Counted from the first letter of the stretch, positions 41,382-51,884 are shown. The stretch: 64,000 nucleotides of DNA from an uncultured Methanomicrobiales archaeon (GCA_963697895.1 OY969100.1:800001-864000); one strand, 5' to 3'. Notes: a model not told the origin generated them from the letters alone. Made by a program: numbers and translations.

Positions 41382-43415
41382 TCAGGTCCACAGAATTCCG
41401 GTAACGGTACAGGATAATTCCCTCTCATGCGATAAAAGTTCCCGGGTCGGTTGCCTCTTCCCGGGCAGTGCATCCCCGAACGCAAATAAGATCTCGGCCC
41501 ATGCTTTGTCGAGGAGTGCCCGGTAATAGGCCGGATCAAACCCTGTTGCGTTCCATTCCAGATCCACCTCCCAGCGTCGGGCGTCCCTGACCACGTACCC
41601 GATCTCCATACCCGGGGAGACCTGTATGCCTGCCGCAGCGCATGCCGTTACGGCAGATGCCTCCGCACACCGGTGCGCATAGGTGATCCGGCTGACCTGG
41701 CGATGAATGGCCAACTCACGTGCTTCGGCTTTCGGAAGACCGGCAACTGCTTCCCGGTAGATCGCCTTCACTGCGGATTCCCTGGCGATCAGCGAGTCCC
41801 TGTCCATCGTACCCCGCAACTTTTCCAGCATCGCATGCTGCATCTTCCCGATATAGTCCGGCGTGTCCCGCTTCCGTGCCATGATCCCCCGTACCTTGAT
41901 GGTGTCATCCGCCAGAAGACCGTAGTACCGGTTATATGCACCAAACCCGTCCGGCATCGGGAGAAAGACGATCCAGCGGTAATCTTCAAGCTCGGTGGGG
42001 AGCCCGGTCTCTGCCTCGACTCTTGCCTTCAGCTCCCGGGTGGGACCCCCGCGGACCCAGAGGCAGTCCACGATGCCGTGGATCACTTCAAAACCCATAT
42101 TCTCGGCGATTCCCTTGGTAGTGAGGAGAATGTCCCGTGATTTTCCGGTGATCTGTTCATGGACTTCGATCCTCCCGAATTTGGCATTTTTATACCCCGT
42201 ATACCCGAAACAGGTGACCAGCATCCACTTGAGTATCGAATCCACACCAGCATACTGCGGGTCTGACTTCTTCCGCTGCTTGGTCTCCAGCCGCAGACGG
42301 AGCAGGGGACCAAGCACCGAAGGGAGGAAGCCCTGCCTTCCCAGGCCGCCAAGGGTCTCCGGAGAGAGATTATAACGGACGATGACCGCAGGGTAGAGCG
42401 AGGTGAAGTCGATCTGGCAGACATCCTCATAGAGTCCGGGAACCGGCTGGAACATCATTCCCCCCCGATCTGCCCCCCGTAATTCCGCAAACTGCCGGAT
42501 ACACTCGGGGTCTGCCTTCCGGTACGGGATGGCGATGCCGCAGCGTATCGCCTCGTACACCTCATAGGTGGAGATCAGGGTGCCGGAGGTGAACCGTGCG
42601 GTGAGATTGGGGGAGAGCCCGGTAAGCCGGGACGCAAGGAGCACCCCGGCGAGCCCTCCCTCACGGTAGTTGAAACTCTGGCGGGTATCTATCAGCACCC
42701 GGCCGTCCGGGATCAGGGCTCCCGGGCGGAATTCAGTCCTCCCGTAACTCCAGAAGGAGTGTGCATCGAGCTTCCGGAACACCCCGGTCCGGCTGATGGT
42801 GGATTCGAGCCCGAATTCCTGTGCACGATTCAGGATCCGGGGCAACCAGGTATCAGCCAGCGGGAAGAGGATGATATCAGGGTCATATGAGTCCACGAGA
42901 CCGAAAAGATCAGAGAGAATTGCCTTTTCGGTCCCTTGCAACCGTTCTTTCCGCTCGTGCGTCACGTCGATGCACGAACATGCGGTGCCCGTGTGCGGGT
43001 TGTCGCGGACTGCAACCTCCATGCAGGTCAGGGGGACCTCGAATTGGACGGAAAATCGTGATTCTGATGGTTCGCCGCAGGGGAAAAGGTTCCGCTCGGC
43101 GAAATACCGCTGGTCGAGCCTGACGTCGACGTTGTACAACTGAGCGCGATACCCGGACTGCTTCTCAATCAGGTCAGCCTCCGGTCTTCCAGCCTCTATC
43201 CGGTACCCGTCATGCGTGCCGTATACCGTGCGGAACGTGCATTCCTCCACGCGATACCGTTCCGAAAGCGCTTCCACGAGCTGCCAGTGAGCGTGGGGAT
43301 CGGGAAGGTGCAGATAAAACGATGGCTCATAGGGAATGCGGTGCCGGCTCATCCCATCTGAGCGGTCCCAGTATTCAACGCTGCCCCGGCGGTAGCATGA
43401 ATCAAGGATCCACAC
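41382..43415 (-). CDS. PolB2/Dpo2-group family B DNA polymerase (degenerate exonuclease)
   Basis: MWILD start, SYG, ADRGG, motif A DFTSLYP, motif [13 protein letters not shown], motif C HGIVDC, NRYYG, KVRGI. Confidence 0.9.
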   Translation of the reverse strand: MWILDSCYRRGSVEYWDRSDGMSRHRIPYEPSFYLHLPDPHAHWQLVEALSERYRVEECTFRTVYGTHDGYRIEAGRPEADLIEKQSGYRAQLYNVDVRLDQRYFAERNLFPCGEPSESRFSVQFEVPLTCMEVAVRDNPHTGTACSCIDVTHERKERLQGTEKAILSDLFGLVDSYDPDIILFPLADTWLPRILNRAQEFGLESTISRTGVFRKLDAHSFWSYGRTEFRPGALIPDGRVLIDTRQSFNYREGGLAGVLLASRLTGLSPNLTARFTSGTLISTYEVYEAIRCGIAIPYRKADPECIRQFAELRGADRGGMMFQPVPGLYEDVCQIDFTSLYPAVIVRYNLSPETLGGLGRQGFLPSVLGPLLRLRLETKQRKKSDPQYAGVDSILKWMLVTCFGYTGYKNAKFGRIEVHEQITGKSRDILLTTKGIAENMGFEVIHGIVDCLWVRGGPTRELKARVEAETGLPTELEDYRWIVFLPMPDGFGAYNRYYGLLADDTIKVRGIMARKRDTPDYIGKMQHAMLEKLRGTMDRDSLIARESAVKAIYREAVAGLPKAEARELAIHRQVSRITYAHRCAEASAVTACAAAGIQVSPGMEIGYVVRDARRWEVDLEWNATGFDPAYYRALLDKAWAEILFAFGDALPGKRQPTRELLSHERELSCTVTGILWT

Positions 43416-43641
43416 GGAGTCGACGCTCCTGCTCCTTCAGCAGCTCAATGAGCACCGAGTAAAAGACCGCCTCGAGCGGGTCGTCAAAGGCAGAGAATGC
43501 CTCGCTCGAATGCCGCTTCGCCATGGAAACGAGGTCGCGGAGATAGAGTTCATCTTCCCGCTTCACGAAATGCGCCTCCCGGAGCCACCGTTCAGTAATT
43601 TCTTTCACTCCCATCCTGACGCTGATGAAGCTTCTTCCCAT
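43402..43641 (-). CDS. Small helical PolB2-associated protein (arCOG07300-like)
   Basis: MGRSF.SVR...D...L..L...AKRHS......DPLE....S.LIEL; overlaps both neighbours. Confidence 0.78.
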   Translation of the reverse strand: MGRSFISVRMGVKEITERWLREAHFVKREDELYLRDLVSMAKRHSSEAFSAFDDPLEAVFYSVLIELLKEQERRLRVDP

Positions 43642-44162
43642 CAGAACCCCTCCAGAGTCGTCTGTTCCCGCGGTCGATCCGAGACGGACAGACGACGGGC
43701 AGGGTGGCGCATGCGCTGAAGGGGTACGGACGGCGGGGCGAAATAAAAGATCCGGTCTGCCCGCCGTGCCAGCGTACGGAAGGAATCGTCTTCATGGGGT
43801 GCATAGAGGATCACAAGGGTGTTCTCCCCTGCATCATGCAGCGCCTCTGCGACTGGATCAAGCACCTCTGTCGCACCTTCGTACAGGGAGGGATCGTGCT
43901 CCACAAAGACGACCGTATGGTGTGAATCCTGAAGGATACTGATGAGCTGATACGCCGTGAATGCCCGCTGAACCTCAAAATTCGTTGATCTGCGGTTGAT
44001 CGCCGGGAGCAGGTGCGAAAAGTTCCCGCAGACGTAGAGGAACAGGAACCGCTGGATCCCCGGGTTGTCGTTCAGACCCGCGGCCGCAAGTGCCTCCGGC
44101 GCGATCAGGGCATTGAACGTCCCGGTCTGCATGGCAATGGACGGGTACAGATCGAACTCCAT
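43641..44162 (-). CDS. PolB2-associated protein, probable inactivated RecA/RadA-fold, with C-terminal PIP-box-like motif
   Basis: FEVQRAFTAYQLISIL (RecA-fold-like), VVFVEHD (degenerate Walker B), no Walker A; ends QTTLEGF; TGATG coupling. Confidence 0.72.
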   Translation of the reverse strand: MEFDLYPSIAMQTGTFNALIAPEALAAAGLNDNPGIQRFLFLYVCGNFSHLLPAINRRSTNFEVQRAFTAYQLISILQDSHHTVVFVEHDPSLYEGATEVLDPVAEALHDAGENTLVILYAPHEDDSFRTLARRADRIFYFAPPSVPLQRMRHPARRLSVSDRPREQTTLEGF

Positions 44163-44456
44163 GTATACCCGTCGCCCCCGGCCACCCATAATGGTCAGGA
44201 ACATGCGGGGTGAAAGTGCGTGCCAGGGACAGAGCGCCGGCACCTCCATTCATCTCGGTAAGCTGGAGATATGTTCCAGGTGCCTTCTATACGGGTTCTG
44301 GGGCCGTTCCTGTTGCGGCAGCTGTTCAGGTTCTTCCGGTGGAACTGGTTCCCCGCGCTCGCGTGCAGGGATTTAGCTGTTTACTCTGATAATTTTCTCC
44401 TTTTTGAGTCAGGCAGGCGTATAGATAGCAGTTCAGATTTGACCAGACATTGAATC

Positions 44457-45935
44457 CTAGGAATATTGCCTGCCATCCAACCACCGGCAACCGGTGATCA
44501 CGGCCAGGTCCTTTGTCAGGCAGACCACGTCGTCGGAGTCCAGGTCCGTTATTCTCTGTTTACCGACGATCCGTGTGAAACCTGCCATTTCTTCTGCCGA
44601 TAACCTGATAAAACGGGATAATCGTTCGGTCCCGTCTTCGATCTTCAATTGCTGCATGAGGACAGGATCCTGTGTGGTGATACCGGTCGGGCAGAGGCCC
44701 GTATGGCAGATCCGGTACTGCTCACAATTCATCGCGATAAGAGCTGCAGTTCCGATATAGACCGAGTCAGCCCCCAAAGCGATACATTTGGCGAAGTCGG
44801 CGGAGCTCCGGAGACCCCCGCCCGCAATGAGTGACACCCGGTCCCGTTCTCCGCTCTCACTCAGGAACCGGTGTGCCCGTGGGAGCGCAGCGATGAGAGG
44901 AAGTCCGACATTTTCTCTGATATAGGCATAGGTTGCGCCGGTACCGCCCCCGAACCCGTCTATTGCGATAAAATCAACTCCTGCCTCGACCAGGATACGG
45001 CAGTCATCTTCGATGCGGCCGCACCCGATCTTGGCACCGATCGGGACCCCCCCCGTGATTTCCCGGAGCCACTCAACCTTCTCCTGTATCTGGGCCGGTG
45101 ATACCATATCCGGGTGATGAGCCGGAGAGTTCGCATCTTCCCCGGGCTCAAGCCCCCGTATAGATGCGACCTCAGGAGTGATCTTTGCGGCAGGTAGGTA
45201 ACTTCCCTTTCCCGGATAAGCACCCTGGCCGAAACGAATTTCGACCGCCGCGGCCCGTTTCAGAATTTCTTCAGAAATACCAAACCTGCCGGTGGAATAC
45301 TGGCAGATGCACCAGGATGCAGCGGTATTGAGTACCTCCGGCAGTACCCCTCCCTCCCCGGTGTTGAATGCGATGCCAAGCATTGCAGCTACCCGGGAGA
45401 TAATCTGATGGACATTCCGGGATGTCGCACCGAAACTCATTCCTGATATCAGTATCGGGGAGGTCACCCGAAGCGGCCTTTTTGAGGAGGGGCCGATTAT
45501 CGCTGCATTATCAACTCCCTCTTCCCTGTTCAACGGTATCCGTTCGACCTGTGCCGGGATGAAATGCAGGTCATCGAACGAGAACGGGATCTTCTTGCAG
45601 GAACCCATCGCAACCACGGTACTCTCGCCCCGCAGCGCCTCCTCCTTCATTCTGACTATTGATCGATAGAATGATTCGTCTTCCCTGTTTTTTTGTTTTC
45701 TCATGACGATGCCGCCAGCTCCGCCAATCTCCATCTTATCGCAAAAATAGAGCTTTTCAAGCCTGTATTCACGATGTACCGGGCACGCAGTGCAGATACA
45801 TCCGCTCGCACTGATATCGCAATGGCTGTGACCGATGGCACAGAATGCAGTGGTGGTTTCGCATCCACGCGCATAGGTCGGGCATTTGGGGCATATGCAT
45901 CGTTCCCGGTTTTCGGGTGAATCATCGACCTTCAT
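44457..45935 (-). CDS. FMN-dependent glutamate-synthase-like protein with N-terminal Cys-rich DUF2769-like domain
   Basis: SGMSFGA, NTGEGG, QYSTGRFG, GQGAYPG, SPAHHPD, IDGFGGGTGA, GGLR, CEQYRICHTGLCPTG. Confidence 0.85.
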   Translation of the reverse strand: MKVDDSPENRERCICPKCPTYARGCETTTAFCAIGHSHCDISASGCICTACPVHREYRLEKLYFCDKMEIGGAGGIVMRKQKNREDESFYRSIVRMKEEALRGESTVVAMGSCKKIPFSFDDLHFIPAQVERIPLNREEGVDNAAIIGPSSKRPLRVTSPILISGMSFGATSRNVHQIISRVAAMLGIAFNTGEGGVLPEVLNTAASWCICQYSTGRFGISEEILKRAAAVEIRFGQGAYPGKGSYLPAAKITPEVASIRGLEPGEDANSPAHHPDMVSPAQIQEKVEWLREITGGVPIGAKIGCGRIEDDCRILVEAGVDFIAIDGFGGGTGATYAYIRENVGLPLIAALPRAHRFLSESGERDRVSLIAGGGLRSSADFAKCIALGADSVYIGTAALIAMNCEQYRICHTGLCPTGITTQDPVLMQQLKIEDGTERLSRFIRLSAEEMAGFTRIVGKQRITDLDSDDVVCLTKDLAVITGCRWLDGRQYS

Positions 45936-46179
45936 CGGGACCCCCCCTGTCTGGGGAAGCCGCGTAACTGCGGGTGTCCGGTTCCAAACCTGCGCTCGCT
46001 CCATATGCCACATGATATTCCATATCCGGTCTTTTAGCCCGCACTTCTATAAGAAAAAGTCGGTTCATGGTAGAATTCCCCGAAGCGATCAGGATACGAC
46101 GGTATGGGAAACAGTTATCTCTGGATTTGCGACTGAGAGCAGAATATCTGCCGATACAAGACAAGGGATAACAGGGCAT

Positions 46180-46725
46180 TCAAACCCGGGTGCATCTGAG
46201 TACGCAGAGCTCTTCCCGATCGAAGATCGGTGCCCGCCGGATGATCTCCGCCTCCCATCCGTGTTTGAGGAAGAGATGACATACCTCAGGAATTCCCGTC
46301 AGCGATGAGATGAGGATCAATACCCTGCCTCCTTTTGAGAGGACCCGGCCGGAATCCCGGGCGAATCGCTCGATAACTACCCGCCCTGTCTCCCCGCCGT
46401 CCAGCGCATATTCAAGCCAGTCGGGAATACGATCTTCTCTCCGCGTCGGCAAATAAGGGGGATTGAATAGGATGAGATCGAACGGACCGCGGATCCCATG
46501 AAGGAGGTCCGCCCTCGCCACCTCGAGGCCCAGGCCATGGGCAGAGCGAACGGCATGCGGATTGATATCTGTTGCCACCACCCGGGCGAACGGCGAGAGT
46601 GCAGCCGCTATGAAGCCGCTTCCGGTTCCTACATCCAGGACAGACTCTCCGGGGCACACCTCGTCCAATGCCGCTTCCCGGAGAAGGTGGGAATCAGCCT
46701 CGATTGGATAAACCTGAGATACCAT
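46180..46725 (-). CDS. HemK2/PrmC-like release-factor glutamine methyltransferase
   Basis: VYP..ADS.LL, LDVGTGSG, DINPHA, FNPPYLP, ALDGG. Confidence 0.88.
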   Translation of the reverse strand: MVSQVYPIEADSHLLREAALDEVCPGESVLDVGTGSGFIAAALSPFARVVATDINPHAVRSAHGLGLEVARADLLHGIRGPFDLILFNPPYLPTRREDRIPDWLEYALDGGETGRVVIERFARDSGRVLSKGGRVLILISSLTGIPEVCHLFLKHGWEAEIIRRAPIFDREELCVLRCTRV

Positions 46726-47488
46726 ATACCTCTTCCGCAAGAGATGCAATATCTTCGAGCGATAGTTCCTCCGGCCTTGCCTGGAGTATCCGATCCGGAA
46801 GCCCGAGGATGAGCTGCCTGATCTGGTCTGCCTTCAGATCCCGGAGGCCGCTTTTCAGGCAATTCCGGACGGTCTTCCGCCGGTGACTGAAAAGAGTCCG
46901 TACCACATCGGCGTAGATGGCCCGGTCGCAAACCGGATAAATCGGTTCTCTCGGAATAATTTTTACCACACTTGACCGAACCTGCGGTTTCGGACGGAAA
47001 CACTGCGGGGGGAGGTCAAAGCACCGTTCGACAGTTGCATAGGTCTGGACCATGATAGAAAGCCGGCCGCAGTCGCTCGTCCCGGCGGGCGCTTCCATTC
47101 GCCGGGCGAATTCAGTCTGGTACATGAGAATTGCAAGATCGAAGCCGATCTCCAGGAGCCGGAAGGTGATCTTTGATGACGCAGAATAGGGCAGGTTGGA
47201 TACCACCACAGAAAATGGAGGCAGTGGGCATTTCACGGCATCACCGCGGGTGAGGGTAAGGCGGCCTGCAGAGATATCAGCATGAAAGAGATCGGAGAGT
47301 TCCTCACAGAGTTCATGGTCGATCTCCACCGCATGAACGGTGGCGCCACGTTCCAGAAGTGCTGCGGTCAGGGCCCCTTCTCCCGGACCGATCTCAAGCA
47401 CTTCGCGTCCGTTCAGATCAACGAGGTCTGCTATCCTTCCGATGGCATGCGCATCGATAAGAAAATGCTGGTCCCGTGGTGTTTTCAT
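46694..47488 (-). CDS. rsmA: 16S rRNA dimethyladenosine transferase
   Basis: DQHFL, LEIGPGEGALT, VEID, SNLPY, FRPKPQVRS, HRRKT. Confidence 0.93.
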   Translation of the reverse strand: MKTPRDQHFLIDAHAIGRIADLVDLNGREVLEIGPGEGALTAALLERGATVHAVEIDHELCEELSDLFHADISAGRLTLTRGDAVKCPLPPFSVVVSNLPYSASSKITFRLLEIGFDLAILMYQTEFARRMEAPAGTSDCGRLSIMVQTYATVERCFDLPPQCFRPKPQVRSSVVKIIPREPIYPVCDRAIYADVVRTLFSHRRKTVRNCLKSGLRDLKADQIRQLILGLPDRILQARPEELSLEDIASLAEEVYGISGLSNRG

Positions 47489-48045
47489 TTTGACGTGAAA
47501 ATGTGATATTTTACGTTGGGGTCCTGAAGCTCCTCCATGATTCGAGCCGCGACCATCTTCTCCGGATGGGGAATTGATTTGATCCGCTGGCTGATCTCGG
47601 CAAAGCTTTCGAACGGTTTCTTCTCCCGTTCTTCCAGGATCTCCCACATGAGTTTCTTCCCGATCCCGGGAAGTAAATGAAGCATGTGCAGTTTCGGGCT
47701 GATTGAGATGGATTTATTAAAGAACTGGACAAACTCGGGCTCTTTTTCCTTCACCAGCGCATCAATTACGAACGGCAGTTCAAGACGTGCAGTCTGCGTA
47801 AGGTCTTCGTAACTGATTCTGCGTTTCACCCGCTCTATCTTGTCCCTTTCTCCATCCCCGATGTATACCCGTTCATGAATCTGGATCTCCACCTTCTTCG
47901 GTACCAGTTCCAGCAACTTGAACTGTGCAATACCGACTGCCTGTACAATCGGTTCCCGCTTGAACACCGGGCGGGGATCATCGGGATGCCCCTTCATGAG
48001 CACATCGAGGACTATCGCGTGGATCTCCTTTTTGTCAACCTTCAT
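47485..48045 (-). CDS. DUF655 putative RNA-binding protein
   Basis: FKLLEL, RVYIG...RDKI, HMLHLLPGIGKK, PFESF; conserved synteny between rpo4 and rsmA. Confidence 0.88.
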   Translation of the reverse strand: MKVDKKEIHAIVLDVLMKGHPDDPRPVFKREPIVQAVGIAQFKLLELVPKKVEIQIHERVYIGDGERDKIERVKRRISYEDLTQTARLELPFVIDALVKEKEPEFVQFFNKSISISPKLHMLHLLPGIGKKLMWEILEEREKKPFESFAEISQRIKSIPHPEKMVAARIMEELQDPNVKYHIFTSK

Positions 48046-48054
48046 GATCCCTCC

Positions 48055-48405
48055 TCAGAAATGGGCCTTCACAAGGTCGATGATCTGATCGAGTTCTTCT
48101 CCTGTCAAAGAGAATTTTTCCTTCGCGTAGATTGCGCGAAGCTCATCCCGGGTTCTCGGCATGATATTGGCGATACGAAAGGCGATATCGGGCTTCATCT
48201 TCTCGAGTCCTGTCAATTCCGAGACGAGTGCCCGTGCCTGTTCGCCAGATGTCTTTGAGAGAAGATTGGCATGTTCGATACTTTTGCGAAGCTCATAAGA
48301 CATCTCCTTCCCTGCTTCGATCCGCGCAGCCTCCACTCCTGCAAGGACTTCGCGCATTTCCGGAAGAGTAATCCTCTCTTCGCTAACAATCCCCTTTACC
48401 TTCAT
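48055..48405 (-). CDS. rpo4: RNA polymerase subunit F (Rpo4)
   Basis: MSYELRKSIEH, IANIMPRTRDELRAI. Confidence 0.9.
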   Translation of the reverse strand: MKVKGIVSEERITLPEMREVLAGVEAARIEAGKEMSYELRKSIEHANLLSKTSGEQARALVSELTGLEKMKPDIAFRIANIMPRTRDELRAIYAKEKFSLTGEELDQIIDLVKAHF

Positions 48406-48428
48406 GCCAGAACACCGTCGTGAGATTG

Positions 48429-48719
48429 TTACCTTTGTGCCTTTAGATGTTGTGGTCTTGCGATGACCACTTTGTCGGAATTGCCATCCCGAATCTCGAG
48501 CATCCATGCCCTGCCCCTCTGGCCGATGACCGTCCCGGTTTTCCCGTGAAATCTCCGGTGAGGCATTCCCTTCTGTACGCTGGGTTCACAGACAACATGC
48601 ACCTTCTGGCCTATCTCGAACTGCTGGATAAGTGCTGTTACTGGTGTGATCCCGCGTTTCCTGAGCGCTTTTTTGAATTTATATCGTGTTTTCTTTCTTG
48701 GTCCGTTGTGATGTGCCAT
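48429..48719 (-). CDS. rpl21e: 50S ribosomal protein L21e
   Basis: KGMPHRRFHGKTG, RPQHLK. Confidence 0.96.
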   Translation of the reverse strand: MAHHNGPRKKTRYKFKKALRKRGITPVTALIQQFEIGQKVHVVCEPSVQKGMPHRRFHGKTGTVIGQRGRAWMLEIRDGNSDKVVIARPQHLKAQR

Positions 48720-49995
48720 GTGAATCCTCCTCTGTTATATCCTCAACCTGCATGACATCGAGACTGGTAACGCGTGCAGATGATCCCAGGATCTCAGCAA
48801 GACTGGGTGTCGTGCGTCCGTTGTCGCCTGAAATGAGCTCTTTGATGTAGAGGCCGGCTTCACCCGTTACCTCGACAACAAACCGGTCCTCTTCGGTGCC
48901 GGCGAACTCAGCCATCAGGACACGACGTTCCCTGCATTTGTCTGATCTGCGATGAACAACTCTCTGCGGCGTGCGCTGGTATATTGTTGCCCCTTCCAGG
49001 GATTTCAGTGCAAACCTGAACTCATCTGCAGAGTATGAACCGTCGACCTCGACCAGGATCCTGTATTTTTTATGCGCTTTGTTCGATTTAATAATTTCTA
49101 CCGCATCTCTTCCGGTCCAGCGTTCCAGGGTGACCGAGACTCTTCCCTCCGCGTCGGAATTGATCCGCTCTTCGAGGTACCGGAGATCGAGAGTCCTTCT
49201 TCTGGGAGCGGTCATCTCCATAATGAATGGCCTGCCGGCTCCCATCATCCGTGCATCGATATCCTCCCGGCCGGCACCGTGCAGCACTGCACCTGCAGCA
49301 TTGAAGAGGCGGATCGCCTCCCGCCCGATGAGTTCCTCAACAGAATCCTGATACTGTTTTCCGGTGAAGTTACATCGTTCACATCCCGCCCCACGGCATG
49401 TTCGGCAGTCCCAGTGTGTCTGAGGGATTCCACGCTCCATTTTGCGGTATCTTCCGTAAAAAAAGACCGACTGAATCTGTACCTCGACCCGGCATTCCGC
49501 CAAGTCGAGTATTGCAATGATATCGGGGTGCCTGAAGTCGACATCTTTTCCTGTCAGGACGCCCACAGCCTTTCCCACCTCGCGGTTCAACTCGGCCTTG
49601 AGCGGCTCAGCATCGGTCAGATGAAGATCGCTCCATACCATCTCCTCATTCTCGGCAATCAGGGGAGGGACCCGGGTGCCGATAAGAAAGGTAGCGAATT
49701 CAATGCCGGTAAGCGATTCAACGACTCTTTCCGCCCAAGCGTCGATTCCGTCAAACAGGTTGCCACAGACCCAGCATCTCCCTTCTGACCTGCGGTACGG
49801 CTCGTTCCGGACCAGCCCCCGCACCACCCGGATCGCATATCCCCGGTCAGCATTTGAAAGTCCGAACGAACGCATGCCAAAGAACCGTCCGAGACAATGA
49901 TCGCAGATTTCTCCGTAGGCGAGTATCGATTCAGCCAGATCTGTCAATCCCGCGTCCCCGGCCGATATATGCTCACATAGATTGTCAGCAGGCAT
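48679..49995 (-). CDS. pus10: tRNA pseudouridine(54/55) synthase
   Basis: CDHCLGR, GRYRK..RGIPQT, HGAGREDIDARM, QRTPQRV, GLYIKELISGD. Confidence 0.93.
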   Translation of the reverse strand: MPADNLCEHISAGDAGLTDLAESILAYGEICDHCLGRFFGMRSFGLSNADRGYAIRVVRGLVRNEPYRRSEGRCWVCGNLFDGIDAWAERVVESLTGIEFATFLIGTRVPPLIAENEEMVWSDLHLTDAEPLKAELNREVGKAVGVLTGKDVDFRHPDIIAILDLAECRVEVQIQSVFFYGRYRKMERGIPQTHWDCRTCRGAGCERCNFTGKQYQDSVEELIGREAIRLFNAAGAVLHGAGREDIDARMMGAGRPFIMEMTAPRRRTLDLRYLEERINSDAEGRVSVTLERWTGRDAVEIIKSNKAHKKYRILVEVDGSYSADEFRFALKSLEGATIYQRTPQRVVHRRSDKCRERRVLMAEFAGTEEDRFVVEVTGEAGLYIKELISGDNGRTTPSLAEILGSSARVTSLDVMQVEDITEEDSHGTSQRTKKENTI

Positions 49996-50560
49996 ACTCT
50001 CTCCGGTCCCGTTCGTTCAGCAGCACGGTGATAGTATGGTCAGCGTGGAGTGAGCGTGGCCCGACCGAATAACGCGGACAGGCCCTGGTCAGGACGCGTT
50101 CCTCTTCGGACAGGTTATGATGATCAGAGAGAAGGAATGCGTTTGGGAGGGAGTTCTCCGTTCGGATATCCCCCCCACTCTCATCGAGTAGGGCGAACGC
50201 GTGATCCGCAAGGAGCTCCTGCAGTCCCCCGCGGCGCACGGATACCCCCGGCGATGATTCGCGAAACATCGTTCCACAGGGTATCGACAGGGCTTTTTTG
50301 ATCAGCGCCCCCGAGCTTCTTTCGTCTGGAGAGAGATATCTGACATCTTTCCCCGAAATGAGGACTGTCTTCGGCGGGCTGGGTTCACCGAGGAGCACCA
50401 GGTAACACTGCACATCCCTCCGGAGGTCATGAGAGAGAAAGAATGCGGAATTCACGCATCGGCAGAGCAGGTCCATGCGGCCTCCGCTTCCGGGCATGTC
50501 ATTGAGGCTGAAATTTCCATCCGTGACCGCGGTGTGTCCTATGGTAGCAAAACAGATCAT
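49985..50560 (-). CDS. trmY: tRNA (pseudouridine54-N1)-methyltransferase
   Basis: FSLND...GRMDLLCRC, FFLSHDLR, PDERS, LSDH, SVGPRSLHA. Confidence 0.9.
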   Translation of the reverse strand: MICFATIGHTAVTDGNFSLNDMPGSGGRMDLLCRCVNSAFFLSHDLRRDVQCYLVLLGEPSPPKTVLISGKDVRYLSPDERSSGALIKKALSIPCGTMFRESSPGVSVRRGGLQELLADHAFALLDESGGDIRTENSLPNAFLLSDHHNLSEEERVLTRACPRYSVGPRSLHADHTITVLLNERDRREYAC

Positions 50561-50564
50561 CCGG

Positions 50565-51884
50565 TTAATTCCCACCGAATTTTTTCATCAGGCGCTGCAT
50601 GTTGAATTTTCCGCCCCCTCCCCTGACTCCCTTCAGGGCTCGCTTCATCATCTTATAGTATTTGAGAAGTTCCCTTACCTCGTCCGGTGTGGCACCTGCA
50701 CCCATCGCTACCCGCTGGATACGGGAGCTGCTGATCAGGGAGGGGTCGTCGAGCTCCTGCGCAGTCATTGAGTCCATGATTACGCGGTACCGGAGCATCT
50801 TGGTGCTGGTGACATCATACACCTCCCCGGAAAGCTCCATGTTTCCCATCGGCAGCATGCTCATGATCTGCTTGAGGGGTCCCATCTTATTGACCGCTTC
50901 CAGCTGTTTATACATGTCCCGGAGCGTAAAACGGCCGCGCATCATCGCATTGATGTCTACGTCCTCCGCTGCAATGGTCTCTTCGGCCCTTTCAACCAGT
51001 GCCCGCAGGTCACCCATGCCCAGAAGCCGGGAAATAAACCCATCCGGGTCAAAGCGCTCAAGATCATCAATCGTCTCGCCACTCCCAATGAACACGATCG
51101 CGCTTTTTGTTTCGGCGACTGCAGAGAGTGCACCACCACCCTTCGCCGTCCCATCCATCTTGGTGATAATTACCCCGTCGATGTCGATCGCGTCATGGAA
51201 CCGCCGTGCCTGTTCACTCGCCTGCTGCCCGAGGGCCGCATCGATAACGAGCCAGCGGTGCGTCGCCTGGGAGATAGCATTTATATCGATAATCTCCTGG
51301 ATCAGGTCTTCCTCCAGCCCGTGTCGCCCCTGAGTGTCGATGATCACCACCTCGGCACGTGAAAGAGCGGCGAGCCCGTCCCGAACCATCGCCCGTGCAT
51401 CGGTCGCTGCCGGATTCCCGAAGCAGGAAATATTCATCCGTGAGCAGAGGGTATTCAACTGGTCAAATGCGCCCGGTCTGAATGTGTCTGCACAGATTAC
51501 TCCTACATTCAACCCCTTTCGCTGGAAGTACCGCGCCAGTTTGGCTGTGGTAGTCGTCTTGCCGCTTCCCTGCAACCCGGCCATCAGGATACGCTGGGGT
51601 CCGAGTTTCACGGTTGACGTCTCCCCCATCAGCCGGACCAGTTCCTGGTAAACAATCCGGAGCACATGCTCCCGGACACTCATTCCCTTTAGGGGCTGCT
51701 CTTCGAGGGAGCGTGTCTTTATCGCCTGGGAGAGCTGCATCACGAGTTTGACGTTTACATCAGACTGGATCAGAGCACGCTGCAGATCACGGACCAGTTC
51801 TTCCACCGCGGCCCGGTCAACAACTGTTTTACCGGCAAGTTTTTTCAGGGCGTCCTTCAGGGAGGACCCGAGGCGGTCCAGCAT
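50565..51884 (-). CDS. srp54: Signal recognition particle protein Srp54
   Basis: [26 protein letters not shown], Met-rich M domain. Confidence 0.96.
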   Translation of the reverse strand: MLDRLGSSLKDALKKLAGKTVVDRAAVEELVRDLQRALIQSDVNVKLVMQLSQAIKTRSLEEQPLKGMSVREHVLRIVYQELVRLMGETSTVKLGPQRILMAGLQGSGKTTTTAKLARYFQRKGLNVGVICADTFRPGAFDQLNTLCSRMNISCFGNPAATDARAMVRDGLAALSRAEVVIIDTQGRHGLEEDLIQEIIDINAISQATHRWLVIDAALGQQASEQARRFHDAIDIDGVIITKMDGTAKGGGALSAVAETKSAIVFIGSGETIDDLERFDPDGFISRLLGMGDLRALVERAEETIAAEDVDINAMMRGRFTLRDMYKQLEAVNKMGPLKQIMSMLPMGNMELSGEVYDVTSTKMLRYRVIMDSMTAQELDDPSLISSSRIQRVAMGAGATPDEVRELLKYYKMMKRALKGVRGGGGKFNMQRLMKKFGGN

